From the NCBI GenBank assembly GCA_044892525.1, contig CM097885.1, positions 17,796,001 through 17,860,000 of the forward strand: a DNA stretch of 64,000 nt, read 5' to 3'. The DNA comes from Schmidtea polychroa. Its lineage: Eukaryota. Every line of letters starts with the position of its first letter. The stretch's first letter is position 1. Positions 50,678 through 64,000 of the stretch are shown piece by piece. The notes beneath the pieces were generated by a model that saw nothing but the letters and a program-made list of their open reading frames with translations, searched no databases and was not told the origin of the DNA. The translations under genes were made by a program, and so were the position numbers.

Positions 50678-51200
50678 TTAATTTTTATTTAAAAATCGGG
50701 ATAAAACATACCAAATAGCAACACCTGTTGCAAGTTTTATATAGTTTTTAAATTTCATTTTCTGTTCATCTATTTCCTTCGCATTTCTGGCGAGTTGATT
50801 CAGTACGCCCCATCCGCCATTGGCTTCAATCCATGGTTGAAACTTTGACTTGATTATCTAGAAAATATATATATTAATAAAATATAGATTATAAAAGTAT
50901 TACTTCTTGAGACCACTGATAATAATGTTCAGAGTCCCATAAACTTCTTTCGATTATGATCTTCATATAACAGAACCCTACTAGTATTCGGGTCCACTTC
51001 ATCTCATCGTCACATAGGCAGTTAAAAATCCTATGAAAATAGAATTTTTTCGTTTCGAGGCAATCGAAATTGAGCACATCCTCATAATCAATATGATTTC
51101 CTTCGATAATCTTTTCGGTCCGATCGACCAGGAAACTGAGGCTTTCCATAATCTTCTTGTTGATTACTTCGCTTAAAGGATTTTCCATAAAATGAGACAT
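50678..51200 (-). CDS. Bcl-2-family protein (158 aa; exons 51200-50904 and 50857-50678)
   Basis: BH1-like DDEMKWTRILVGF; after a 46-nt GT-AG intron, BH2-like FQPWIEANGGWG; C-terminal hydrophobic anchor YIKLATGVAIWYVLSRFL; spliced frame is open. Confidence 0.78.
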
Positions 51201-51305
51201 TTCTACAATAATTTAAAATATGATGTTTTATTTATACTAATACCGTATGATTTTGATTGGTTGATAGACTATAAATGTAAAAGAAAGGTTTTGATTTGAT
51301 ACACC

Positions 51306-51806
51306 ATGAAAACTATATTCATATTGCTAATTATTATAACGAGTGTGTGCTCACACAATACAACAATAACAGTGGAGTCTTTTAATAAATCAATATGTGT
51401 TTGTCCGAATATAGCCAAGTTGATGGATATTTTATATATTCTCGACAAACCAAAATGGTCAAAGCATCCAGGAAAAAGAATATCTCAAAGATTGGAGAAT
51501 TTAGAAAGCAGTTATGAACTATCATTTGAATATATACAAAATATAAAAATTAAATTGATTGATCATATTGAAGTTTTCAATAACTCTATTGTTGAAAATA
51601 AAAAGAATATGAAAATTATTGATAAGAAGCATTATTATTTGTTAAAAAAGATTGAATTATTATTAAGAGAAATTCAAACAATCAAAGGATCAATAGAATA
51701 TCTGAAAATCAATTCAACGTTACCAATTTCAAACAATAATGCTGCGAATAGTAGTACATCAATATTTAGTTTACCTTTGTTAATTTTACATTATTTTATT
51801 GTTTAA
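51306..51806 (+). CDS. Secreted, probably GPI-anchored glycoprotein (Polinton accessory)
   Basis: Signal peptide MKTIFILLIIITSVCS; sequons NTT, NKS, NNS, NST, NSS; C-terminal small residues then hydrophobic tail IFSLPLLILHYFIV; ACCATG start; ATTGG and TATAAA upstream; AATAAA after the stop. Confidence 0.7.
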   Translation: MKTIFILLIIITSVCSHNTTITVESFNKSICVCPNIAKLMDILYILDKPKWSKHPGKRISQRLENLESSYELSFEYIQNIKIKLIDHIEVFNNSIVENKKNMKIIDKKHYYLLKKIELLLREIQTIKGSIEYLKINSTLPISNNNAANSSTSIFSLPLLILHYFIV

Positions 51807-51829
51807 ATAAATGTATGTTTTGTTGATTT

Positions 51830-52372
<543 letters not shown>

Positions 52373-52487
52373 ATCGGAATAACAAGATATATGGCTCATT
52401 CGAAGGGTCTTGGATTGAGCTTTAGAATGAGCTCTCGACGAATAATTTTTGTTGGCGGGAACTTTGAAAAATTAATAATAAAATAAT

Positions 52488-52902
52488 AATATTTTTTTAA
52501 AATAATAATATGACCTTGATGACTCATCGCGATGACTCATATGACCTTGAGAATAACCTTGGATGAGTCATGCGACCTTGAAAATGTCCTTGATGAGTCA
52601 TGGCCTTTGTTTAAATGACCTTGGGAAATTTTTGCCCTTGACGAGTCATATTATGAGTCATATGACCTTGAAAATGACCTTGATGAGTCATAGTATGAGT
52701 CATGGTCTTTGTTTAAATGACCTTGAGCAATTTGATGAGTCATCGGGTAAGTCATGGTCTTTGTTTCAATGACCTTGATGAGTCATATGTCTTTGTTTAA
52801 AATTTGACCTTGAAAAAAAATTTTTTTTTTAATTTTTACGACCGGTGGGGGGGGCTACTGTGCTAGCGGTGCCCTGTGCCAGCGGTGCCCAATCCATCTA
52901 CT
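52488..52902 (-). repeat. Right terminal inverted repeat of the Polinton
   Basis: Reverse complement of the left TIR, with fewer sub-repeats and a short internal duplication near the end. Confidence 0.93.
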
Positions 52903-53004
52903 ATTTTTTAAAAATGATAAATTTCGGTCTTCTTTTTAAAATATTTCTCAATAAAAATATATTTTAAATTTAAAATATTTCTAATTAATCTTTAAGAATC
53001 TTTC

Positions 53005-54293
53005 AACTTCCTCATAATCACAATATCGGTAATGAATTTGAAAATTCATTGATCGAATGGAATTTATATTCAAATATTTTTTTATAGTACATGATAATGC
53101 AGCAAATGTTAAAAAGGTGTTTAGAACCAAAAATATCAACCAAATTCTTTGCTTTTCGCATACGTTACAATTAGTGATAAAATATGCTATTGATAATTTT
53201 GATGAAATTCAAAAAATTCTATTTTCCATTCGAAAAATTATTTGATTTTTTTAGAGTTCATCTACTGCAAATAGTAGATTAAAGGAAATACAAAAAAAAT
53301 CTTTCAATGCCTGTTTTAATGCCAATCCAGGATGTTAAGACAAGGTGGAATTCAACCTTTTATATGCTTAAAAGGTTTAATGAAATAAAAAACGGAATTT
53401 TAGTTTATTTTTCTGAAAATTCTAGTGAAAAGGAAGAATTACTAAATCAATTGGACTTTAGTTTAATTGAAGAATTAATAAACATATAAAATTCATTTGA
53501 AGAGATTACAAGAGCTCTATCATATGAGAATTCAACGATTTCGGAAGTTTTACCTGCTATTGAAATTTTGAGAAGATCACCAAATAGAGTTTTTTCCAAT
53601 TCTATTAATAATGAAATTTCCTTTAAACTTAATATATCGTGGATAGCAAGAAGTGAAAATATAATTAGCAATCCTATTTATATTATTTCAGCATTGGTAG
53701 ATCCAAGATTTAAAAACAAAATATTTGATCCAGGAAAATTTAATTTATATTTAATTAAAAAGGAAATGATTAAATATTTTCCTAAATTTGAAATCAAAAA
53801 AACTGAATTAAAAAATGAAATTATTTTTGAAAAAAATTCAAATATTTGGAATTTATTAGATAATTTTGATTCTCCTATTGAGATTTCTAATTGCAAAAAT
53901 TCTTATTTAGCTTTTAAATTCGAGTTAAATAATTATTTATTTGAAAGCTTTTCTCCAAAAGATGAAGATATAATTAATTACTAGAAAATTAATTCTAACA
54001 GGTTTTCTTTACTTTCTAACCTAGCAAAACAATTTCTATCGTGCCCTTCGATTAGCGTTCAATCTGAGCATGTTTTCAGTTGTGCTGGAGATGTAATAAC
54101 TGATCATAGAGCTAAAATTCTTCCTGAAAATGCTGAAAAAATAGTTTTTATAAAAGTAAACAATAAATTTTTAAGTTAAATTTTTTTAAAAGTGGTTTAA
54201 CAAATTTTTTTGTTTCGGAAATTTAATATAATGTGGTTCACCGAAAATTTCGGTTTCGGCCGAAACAAAAAAAATCATTTCGGTGCACCCCTA
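53005..54293 (+). mobile_element. hAT (ZBED/Ac-like) transposon, 5'-truncated transposase pseudogene with right TIR
   Basis: HDNAANV, CFSHTLQL, DVKTRWNSTFYML, LVDPRFK, SEHVFS.AG..IT..R motifs with stops/frameshifts; end CATTTCGGTGCACCCCTA with TTTCGG subterminal repeats. Confidence 0.88.
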
Positions 54294-54503
54294 ATAATTA
54301 TACACATTGTAAGTAAGTTATTGAAGATACGATTTCATTTTTTAGACAAAAAGTAATATCAAAAACCCAAATTCTATTCACCAATACATTACATCAAAGA
54401 ATACAAAAATAAAAATTCCTTACTATCTCTGTATTCGAGTAAGCTGCTACAAAATGGGCATAAATTGCACTAGTTGCATAACTTGGTTTTTGTGACTTAA
54501 AAG

Positions 54504-54790
54504 CGTTGGTATATTGCTGGGTCTTGGGTTGGGTCAGAAAAATACTCTTTTCACACTAGGGGTTGATAGTCCTAACTGCACGAGCAACATGTTATCATTC
54601 CATGGGACCCTTAACCAAACCCCACACGATCATCCTCCGAACATGACACACCCATGATTCGCATCATGTTGGTGCTGTGCCACGTCGGCGAGCTACGATG
54701 GAGCAGGTGAGCCTCTGCCTTAGGACTACTCCCTCATCGCAACTCGACTTAACCATCACTCGACTGCCGATGGAAGGACTTACGTCATCA
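54504..54790 (-). repeat. Diverged solo-LTR-like copy related to 20064-20611 and 8934-9205
   Basis: Shared blocks GACGTAAG.CCTTC.ATCGGC, GGGAGTAGT, GCTCACCTGCTC, ACCAACATG, ACCCCTA. Confidence 0.6.
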
Positions 54791-55094
54791 TCATCATTCT
54801 AAGATCTCATGTATCATTCTGATTTGCAATAAAATTCCACTACCACACTCAACTCACTAGTTTTGTCTTTATTTAGCGTTCAACAGCAAATTTTACCACA
54901 TTACCATCATTCTATCCTTCTTAAACTCAGCTTTATCATATCTCTCCCACACTTTAATTCCATCACTCGCTATCCAATCCCCAAATCAACCATTCATCAT
55001 ACTCAAGCATTCAGAATCATTTAATTTGACAAGTCACAATAAAGAAAAATATATTAACGAACTATTACATTAAAAGTACATTGATAGGTGCTAC

Positions 55095-56200
55095 AATTTT
55101 GTAGAACAACGCAGATATAATCACAGAGTGCTTGGAGAAGCTCCAGCAAAGATCTCATCGAGATCGAAAAAGTCTTTGGCGTTTTCTTCCCATGAGGAAT
55201 CAACGGGCGGGACTACCCGGAAGATAGGAAGGGAATGCGAGGTGGATTCTACTGGAGTAACGACCGAGTTTATGATGAAAAGTCTAGATTAACACGATAT
55301 GAGAATTTAGTATGAGTTGCGATGACGACGATGAAAATCAAGATGTAATAACTTTCCGACAACATCCGATGAACGAGGATTGGATCACCCTAGTCGTTGC
55401 GAAGAATTTCACACATTACCTTCACGAAAATTTTCCATTTTTTCAATGCATTATCCTTCCCTATTCATTTTTAGCTCCGCTCTTCCTGTGGCGACGGATC
55501 AGTGAGGAAGCCCCCAAGATGACCCGCTCAACCACCACGTCGCTGAAGTTGTACCTGGCCTTCTGGCGAGAGGAACAACCCGTGTCCCTCAAGCTGTGGC
55601 CAGTTGAACCTCAGTGTCGCTTGATATCAAAAATAAATAGCATATTGCACAATTTATAATAGTTAAATTTCATAATATTCAATAAAATCTAAATAAGAAT
55701 GAATTACAAAAATTTCATTTAAGGTATTTTGGTGAACAGGAAAAACTGTTAAAAATTCATTTAAGTAAAGTTATTATCATTATTACTAGCTTCCGAAATA
55801 CTTAATAAAAGGTTTACAACAAATAACAAAATTTACTTCGTATAAATTTGAAATGGTTCTCCGAGTGATTTATTTAGCTAATATCCTTGAGTTAGTCCGG
55901 TATAGCAGTGAATTACTGGTTGTGAAGTACCTTAATGAGTTTTTGATTAACACTGAAAATGTAGGTTTGATGCGCTTACCTTAATGAGTTTTTGATTAAC
56001 ACTGAAAATTCTGTTTCAGTGTTTTCCTTATATACTAATTTTTGTGTTTATGCGAGCCAATCAGAATTGAGTGCGGCGTAATTTTTTAATTTAATTCGTT
56101 TTCTTTGTTTTTCTTAGTTTTCTTGGTGTTTCCTTACTGTTTTCTTTTATTTTTTTTTATTTTTTTTCTTATTTATTATTTAATTTCTATTATTTTACTA
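55095..56200 (-). mobile_element. Internally deleted fragment of a related Polinton (homologous to 12415-12540, 14400-14560, 14900-15160)
   Basis: Encodes IFRVVPPVDSSWEENAKDFFDLDEIF; shares CCAATCAGAATTGAGTGCG and CTTATATAC promoter blocks with 14995-15050. Confidence 0.8.
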
Positions 56201-56429
56201 TTTTTTCCAGTTTCTACGTCTTAATTTTTCATTTTTTATTTTTTGTTTTAATTCTCTTTGGTTAATTTGTTATTATTTATTCCTATTGTTTATTTGTCTA
56301 TGTTTTTAATTTATTTTCGCTTTGTTTCCTAATTTTATTTTATTTCTTATTGTTTTCTTCTTATGTTTTTAAATTATTATTTCACGTTCTAGCCCAACAA
56401 TATATATACCCTATATATACCCTAATTTT

Positions 56430-57730
56430 AGTGTTCGAGGATCTTCGTGAATTGATTCAGTTAAACAAGAAGGTTATGTCAAGAAATACGGTGTAAAGGG
56501 TATAAGGTGGAACAGAAATGGTCATAGATATGAAGAATACAAAGTCGAGTTACAGGAAAACAATAGGGAAACAAAGACCGACAGGAAACAGATACAGTCG
56601 GATTAATGGAATATAGGAAGGAGAGGAAATGGAATCGTGGGTAGAGATAAATGAAGAAAACCTTAGTAGGACGTACCCAAACAACAGGGCTCCACCAGTA
56701 GAGGAGTTGGTTGGAGCCATATGCTAACAGAAAAATGGATGGGATATCCTCAAGGGGTAGAAAAGTGGGAGAATTTAGGAAGGGTAAGCGAGAAAGTTTA
56801 CAGGTTCTTAAGGAGCGAAAATTTTGAAGAGGAAGTGGAAAGAATTGAAACGATTGAAACGAAACAGGTGGTAGAAATTGTGTATAACAAGCTACAGGGA
56901 AGACCTAGTGTAACAGTAATGATGAATGGGGAAATTTTCGACTTTTTATTAGACACCTGAGCACGAATAAACGTAACGAGTGTGAACTGTTTTTTTAACA
57001 AGTTATGAGAACAATAATTGATGAGAAGCAACGGAAAGTTATGATGTGCAAACGAAAGTACGATAGAGACAATTGGAAGAACAAAGGTTAAAGTAACTAT
57101 CGGAGATATTTTCAAGGAAGTTAGATTCATTGTGGCGGAGAAAGTGACATCAGATGCAATTGGAGGAGTAGAATTACAAGAAGCATTTCGATATAGGCTG
57201 GCAAAAAAGTAAGATATCGAATCTAGTGAAAAAGACAAGAACTATATTTGTAACATTGAAGCAAAATTCAGCAGACAAATATAGGATGAAGAAAGATTGG
57301 CGTGAGCTTTGGAACACCGAAAGATTAATGAGGATAGAAAATTAAAGGAAATAATAACGACCAGTGTAAACTTGTCTATGACTGATAAATGGGAATTGGG
57401 TGGCATCCATTTGGTAAAACATAAGATAATTACAAGAGGTGAACCGATAAAAATAAAACCATATCGTCAACCATTGAATTTGGAAACAAAAATTGAAGAA
57501 GCAATACAAAATTTGTACCAAAATAGGATTCTACGGAAATGCAAATCTCCATGGAACACGCCGTTAATCTGAGTATGAAAAAAATTAAAAAAATATTAGG
57601 CTATGCTTGGATTTCAGACAGCTGAACGCGGTAACAGAGAGTCAGGCATTCCCAATTCCAAACATAGACGAGTGTTGGATTTGTTGAGAGGGTCCGTTTT
57701 TTTAGCTCAATCGACCTTGGTAATGCATAT
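56430..57730 (+). pseudogene. Gypsy-type protease/RT remnant
   Basis: FLLDT* protease site, KPYRQPL, SPWNTPL, CLDFRQLN, STL/DLGNAY-like motifs; many stops. Confidence 0.8.
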
Positions 57731-58164
57731 TACTTCACCATTCGACACATTAAGAACTTTCACTCAATGGATGCCGAATGGTAAAGTGTATTTTATTCTG
57801 GGTTGCATTGGAAACGATACAAAAGTGTAAAATGTTAATTACCAGCAAACCACCAATTGCATAATATGTAGAGATTTGTTTTGAGGTTTCATATGCAAAA
57901 ATTATCATTATCTTCATTTCAATATTGTTTTATATTTAACACAAAATATTGATGAATAATCTAAGGAATAAATGAAAATAAAAAAATGGAAAAACATAAA
58001 ATTTTACAGAAAATAAAACTTGCATAAAATTTTTAATAAATAAAATTTCTTAAAAACCGATAAAATATATAAACGTTTATTTGAATGATTTAATTTAGAA
58101 GAATTTTAAAATTCTTTATTATTTTTTGACACAAGTGATTTTGATTCTCAGTCAAAACAAGTGA

Positions 58165-58510
58165 TTTTGATATCAGTCAAAATGTGAGGAACCGATTTGC
58201 TGCAAAGTGACTTCTTTCCAAGTTCTTGTTTAAATATGCGGTGAACACTCGTTTCTTAAATGTTTGTGACTCTTGAGATGGCTGGACAGCTTAAGTGGCA
58301 ATTTTCTTCAATCATTTCACGCACAATTATGATATCCTTTTCTGCAGTGCTCGTTCTTCCTCTTCCTGAACCTTCTTTTCGCTGAAATAGTGTTCGCAGT
58401 TTTCTGCACCCCAACTTTCGATAAGAAAGCGGTGGATTTCGGTAGCCGAAAAGTTATTTCGTGTTAAAGCTGCAACGCATACATTTATGTCGCATTGCTT
58501 TGCCTTCATC
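58165..58510 (-). pseudogene. Mariner transposase N-terminal remnant
   Basis: SATEIHRFLIESWG HTH start; SVHRIFKQELGKKSLCSKSVPHILT corresponds to the mariner WVPHEL linker. Confidence 0.7.
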
Positions 58511-59371
58511 TTTCAACCTAAATCATTTAACCAACGCTAAGCAATTTGTTTTAATTTAAATCGTAAACTTTCCGGTCTTATTAATGATTTCTTAGAAATT
58601 TTACCTAAGAAATTTAAATCTTGATCTTCAGATATTTTCTGTCTGATAAAAACGAAATTATTTTTATCGGTCCCTATAGATTAATTGGATTTAACAAAAC
58701 TGTTAAATCAGTAAAACATTTATCGCTTTGTTCACCTTTGAAATTCCATTTATTTCCATTTAGATTTCGGCTTTAGGTGCAATTTTTTTCATATTTAACA
58801 AATTTTCGGTACTGCCTTTTTCAATTGTTACTTATTTGAAGGTAGGCAATGCCAATAATTTGTGTTAAATAGGAAAAGCATTAATTTCTGGTAAAATTCT
58901 AGATGAAATTGCAAAAACCAAATTAGAAACTAGACTGGAAATTCGTGTTAGTAAACACAATAATACTATTGGTAAAATCCTTTATTTTTGTTCACTTTTA
59001 ATCTGTTTTCTTTTCATATTTCATTTATTTTCATAACGTTTATAGATCAGAAATTTATTCTCCTATTTAACACAAATTTTCTGCACTGCCTTTATCAATG
59101 TTACAAATTTGAAAGAAAACATAAACCTCGAACGTAAGTGTATTAAAAATTGAAAAATATACATCAAATATGGTTAATACAATGCCGAAATTCGTTGAAA
59201 ATTTGTGACGGTAAATTAAGGAACTGCTGATAAAGTACTAGCAGTATAATCATCACAAATTCAGTGAAATTACAATAACATTATACATTTGTCAAAAACC
59301 GACTTAGTAAGATTATCAATAAAGACAATAAAAAAAATCATAAACTTCAAGGCTGAGAGAGAAGGATATTT

Positions 59372-60200
59372 TCAAACATCGGAACCTGGAGGTTTCGGAG
59401 TTACCCCATTATTGCAGTAAGTTTTGCGCACAGTAGCTAGCAATTGGTGAATAATAGGTCCGAGATTTTCTGGAAGAGGACGGCCACTTACTTTAGGCAC
59501 AAATTCAAGGAACGCCTGAACAAACGGGTGTTCAATCAATGGCCGTTTGTCGTCATTTAAATCATCATTTGAATCATCACCAGTTGTTATCGTACTGATA
59601 AACCGAGGTCGACCAGTGTTTCTTCCTTTCCAAGTAGCGTGCAACAGTTCTTCGAGAGGTAAGGCAGATCGGATGAGATTTCTGAAAAACCTAACCGGGT
59701 CGCTATCATACGCACAAACGAGTAGATGCTTTCGAATGCGAGGCGATGTTGGAGACAGCATTACGTCTTTATCTGAATCTGGACAAGAAATCCAAAATCG
59801 AGACAAGCGCTGTTCAGCATCACGATATGGAGAAGCCGGTACTGAAGGCAAAGGCCCGGCAGAAGGACTGTTTGTATCCTCACTGTAAATAAGAGGATTT
59901 GTTGATGGAGTTGGAGTGGCACCTGAAGCCCCAGTAGTTCCATAAACATAAAATCGATGACTTTGTAACAATCTATTGATAAAAATCGGAAGATTCGCTG
60001 GAAATGCTTGACCAAATAGACGTTCAATCAAACGCATACTAGCCTGCACGAATGGTTGTTGCCTTAAAGACTGTAAATTGATACTGGACACATCATTGGT
60101 ATTGGGGTCTGAACAAACTGTTATAGATGTTCTAGGCCGACCTCGCTTTTGAGTAACATCCCATGCGAATAAAGCTAGTTGTTCAGGTTTATAGTAAAAC
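59372..60200 (-). CDS. Terminal exon encoding AT-hook (KRGRPR) plus BEN-like domain
   Basis: TTTTAG acceptor at 60201; frame open to 59372; RFFRNLIRSALPLEELLHATWKG...KRPLIEHPFVQAFLEFV resembles BEN helices; upstream exon(s) appear degenerate. Confidence 0.5.
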
Positions 60201-61147
60201 CTAAAACAGTAAATAGATTTAATTTAGCAATAAATTTATCATTAATGTCAGAAATTCTCAAACTTTTTTATGCTGCAACCCTCAAAATCAGATATCTAAA
60301 ATTCCAAGACTCATCAAAGGTTTTGTGCCACTTACCATAATAATTGATAAATAATGTTTGATATATAATTTGTGTATAATATGGAATGCCAGAGTGAGGG
60401 TGAGATCAATTGGAATAAATGAGAATGCAAGTCATGTTTCCTAATGTAATAATAGGAAGCAGGCTGACATTTCTACCATGATTTCCACTGACTAATTAAA
60501 GCGAATAATTTTTCCTATCTGTAATCCGCTGAGGAGGGAATGTTTTATCAGCAACTATTTTCCTTTTTCGTAATAATTTGAGTCTTTTCATGAAGGGCAA
60601 ACGCTTGACATGCTAATAGATATTCTTTCGTTTAGTAGCATTTCAACATCTGTCTTTTGTTTTAGACGTGAGTCATTTTGAATAGCCTCTTCTACATCTT
60701 GAGGATAGCTAACGTTATTATTCACTTTTTCTTTTTGGTTTATTAGATGATTCCATCACTATTTTAATATCGTCGTTATTAATTTCCAATTTTTGTAGTA
60801 TATTTTAAACTTTAGAACTCGCAGGCAGCACATCCTTTGCAATGTCTTTTATTTTCTTTTCATTTTCCTTCATCATTTCTATTTGTAAAATATCCTTTTC
60901 TAATTCAACTGCACGCTTCCTCCCTAGTGATTATATTTAGTAATTAGCTGTCATTTTAAGGGATTCTATTTGTTTTATATATAAAATAATTAGCAATCCT
61001 GTACAGAGGTTGATTACTTAACGACTATCGAGCAGGGTTACGTTGGGTTACGCTGGAAACATCACGTAAGGGTAAGATGTTGATTACCTGTAACCCACCA
61101 GGTTGAAGACCACAAATAAAGCTTTAAATGAAATTCATTCTTTTTGA

Positions 61148-61350
61148 CCGTTTGCGGACGGGACGGAATTAATTTTAATAAGTAGTATTTTAATATAATA
61201 TTTTTTAGCATAAAATCTTTTAGTATACGAATGTCCGATATCGTGGTATGATTTTTTTAAAGTTTGGCCACCACAGCTGGCTATTATTCATTGTAGAACG
61301 TCTGGAACAAAATTCGTGGCCAGCAGTGCTGGCCTACCGTCCGCAAACGG
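61148..61350. mobile_element. Small piggyBac-like MITE
   Basis: TIR CCGTTTGCGGACGG / CCGTCCGCAAACGG flanked by TTGA and TTAA. Confidence 0.6.
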
Positions 61351-62047
61351 TTAATTTGCATTGCTTTTGGGTCAAAGAAAAATTGTGGCCCCATGATTAC
61401 ATTTCTACATGTACTCCTTGTAAATATGAAAAAAGGGCACTTAGAACTTTCTTAAGAACTGCATATAAATCTTATATTTTTTAGGAAAACCTTACATTTG
61501 TTTTTTTTTATATTTCATTTATTTTCATTCTGACAAACGAGAGTTAATTATAAATTTTTAATCTTTTTATTTGAATGAAAATAATTGAAATATCATGTTT
61601 TATTTTCGTATATTTTCTTCGGTTTATATGATAATTCTTAGGTTTAAAATAATTTTTATGAGGTGACGTCGAATATAACTTCCGTGGATATTTATTATTT
61701 GATAACACTCGTATGAACAGATTTGGTATATTTTATTACATTTATATAGTAGTGACCAGGTGATGCGGGCACCTGATAAAAAGTCATCATCCGAAAGAAA
61801 TTCAATGATATAATAAAAACCTTTCATTTAAAATGGTGAAAACATAATTTCCACTAAAAACAAATTTACCTGATTAAATTTTTCAAATATTGAACGCCGT
61901 CTGTATCGAAGGCACTGACAAGTAACTGAAAAGAAACAACCACCGAAAAAGGTTCACCAGACGCAATTTTTACCATATCTTTATTGTCGGCACTTTTCCC
62001 AATCATTTCGATATGTGGAGTCAATTCTGCTTCGATTTCCTCTATAA

Positions 62048-62401
<354 letters not shown>

Positions 62402-62779
62402 CCAAAGATGAAATACTTACAAATAAAACCGATGAAACCAAGATAATTAAAAAAATTTAAAAATTTACGTTTTAGAGGTAAGTCTATAAATTAATAATAC
62501 CAAACCAGAAAAGGATTGAGAGAAATATTATTCACGAAAACCAGAAACAAAATTCAAGAAACGAGATCACTGGCGAAAAGTTGTTAGAATAAAAGAAATG
62601 GAAGCAATAAAACAGAATCTGTTAAAGTAATCAGTCAACGAACATATTCCAGTGTGACTTAGAAAGGACATTGAACCAGAAGACCAAAATAAAAAGAGAT
62701 TAAGTCGAATTCATAGGTGGTATTGATACAATGTCAAAGTTTGGAGTAAAGGTAATGAAGATCAATACTATAGAAACTT

Positions 62780-64000
62780 CATTTACAAATAAAATCCTCA
62801 CTGAGGAAGAAAGAATAAACAAAACACTGATGGCGATGACGGATAAAAAGAATTAAGACATTGAAGGAATGGTGCGGAATGTCAGGAGGGCCAATAGTGC
62901 AACTCCCGCGCGCCAACCAATGCATATGGAGAAAAGAATTGTAGAGCTGAAATAAGAATTAATAAAAGATAACGTATTTCGATGCTGTAAGGATCCTTGG
63001 AATGCCCCATTAGTGATAGTAGAGAAGAAAGATAGATTCAATAAAATGTGTGTAGATTATCTTGGATTGGATGCCGAAATGGAAAATGAATCGTTTGTGA
63101 TGCCTAATACCAAATTTTTACTGGACTGTCTTGAGGACGCTAGAATATTTTCGTCAACCGATTTAGGTCAGGTGTATTACCAAGTAGAACTAGCTCCAAA
63201 TATTCAAGGATTATATTTGATACAAGGACTACATAACTACCGTTTGGTCTGGCGACTGACCCTGTGGCGTTTCAGAGACTGATGTACACATCACTAGAAG
63301 GAATGTTATTTAAAGGAGTAGTAGTTTATCTAGATGATATTTTGATTGATGTTAAAATTAAAAAATAGCACAATGAGCTACAAGGATAATATTTAAAAGA
63401 ATTCAAATAGCAGGGTTGGTGATAAATCCAGATAAATACGAATTCAATAAAACAGAATATGGTTTTCTTGGAAACAAAATTAACGAGTTAATGGAGAGGG
63501 TATTCAGGCAAACAGAAAGAAAGTTAAAGAAATCGAGATAGCGGAAGGATCAAAATGTTCAAAACAGTTAATGTTAATTCTCGGGTTAACGAACGATTAC
63601 CGAAGATTCGTGAAAGATTATATCAGAATCACAGACCCGTTATATGCTGCTCTCTCTGGATGCTATAAAGTTGTAGTTTGAACTAACGAATTTGTGCGAG
63701 GCACCTATTTTCGACTATCCAAGAGAAAGTAGAGCATTTATTTAGACGCATATACTAGTTTAGAAGATATTGTAGCGGTTTTGATTCAAATTAAAGACGG
63801 AGACAAATTTTTTATAGATTATATTTCGAGACATATGACAGCACATGAAAAGGTTTACTGTGTAACCAGAAAAGAACTTCTCACTGTGCATGAATATGTC
63901 AAGCATTTTAAAGAATATTTTTACTGGAAAAGGTTCATAAGTCACACCGTTTGAATACTACAAAGACACCAATCAGCCCACAATTTCAAACATGACTAGC
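62780..64000 (+). pseudogene. Gypsy RT-RNase H remnant, runs off the window
   Basis: PWNAPLVIVEKK, MCVDY, FSSTDLGQVYYQV, VVYLDDILI, YCVTRKELL; many stops and frameshifts. Confidence 0.85.

Noticed and set aside
55490..55620. Resemblance of the conserved block to RNase MRP/P RNA (GGGGCT, GAGGAAG)
   Set aside because: The CR-I GAAAGTCCCC partner needed for the P4 pseudoknot is not on the same strand, and the block is too short.
61625..62043. Possible spliced exons giving ...LIRCPHH, reminiscent of the p53 DNA-binding domain
   Set aside because: A stop follows five codons later, other p53 motifs are absent, and the apparent downstream match lies in a MITE TIR; it may be an unidentified exon remnant.

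Overview
AT-rich, repeat-saturated animal (eukaryotic) genomic DNA with short GT-AG introns and many (TAA)n microsatellites; no intact host gene is evident. The centre is a terminally intact Polinton/Maverick (adintovirus-like) element, 11747-52902, with AGTAG...CTACT termini, ~0.4-0.55 kb TIRs and a 6-bp ATTTTT target-site duplication. It encodes a disrupted pPolB, an adenain protease, major and minor capsid proteins, and an rve integrase split by a microsatellite intron. Accessory genes include a spliced Bcl-2-like gene and a secreted/GPI-type protein; no packaging ATPase is visible. Two LTR elements are nested inside it. One is a 14.6-kb non-coding element (20064-34648) carrying an array of covarying stem-loops and a MITE. 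The other is a BEL/Pao retrotransposon (43193-50478, TSD GAACC) whose near-identical LTRs carry an in-frame chimera of host ESCRT-II SNF8 and proteasome alpha-6 fragments, continuing to a ubiquitin fragment just before gag. The flanks hold a Gypsy pol, Gypsy, hAT, mariner and LINE remnants, fragments of related Polintons and an AT-hook/BEN-like exon. All homology calls are from motif recognition by eye; no database search was run.
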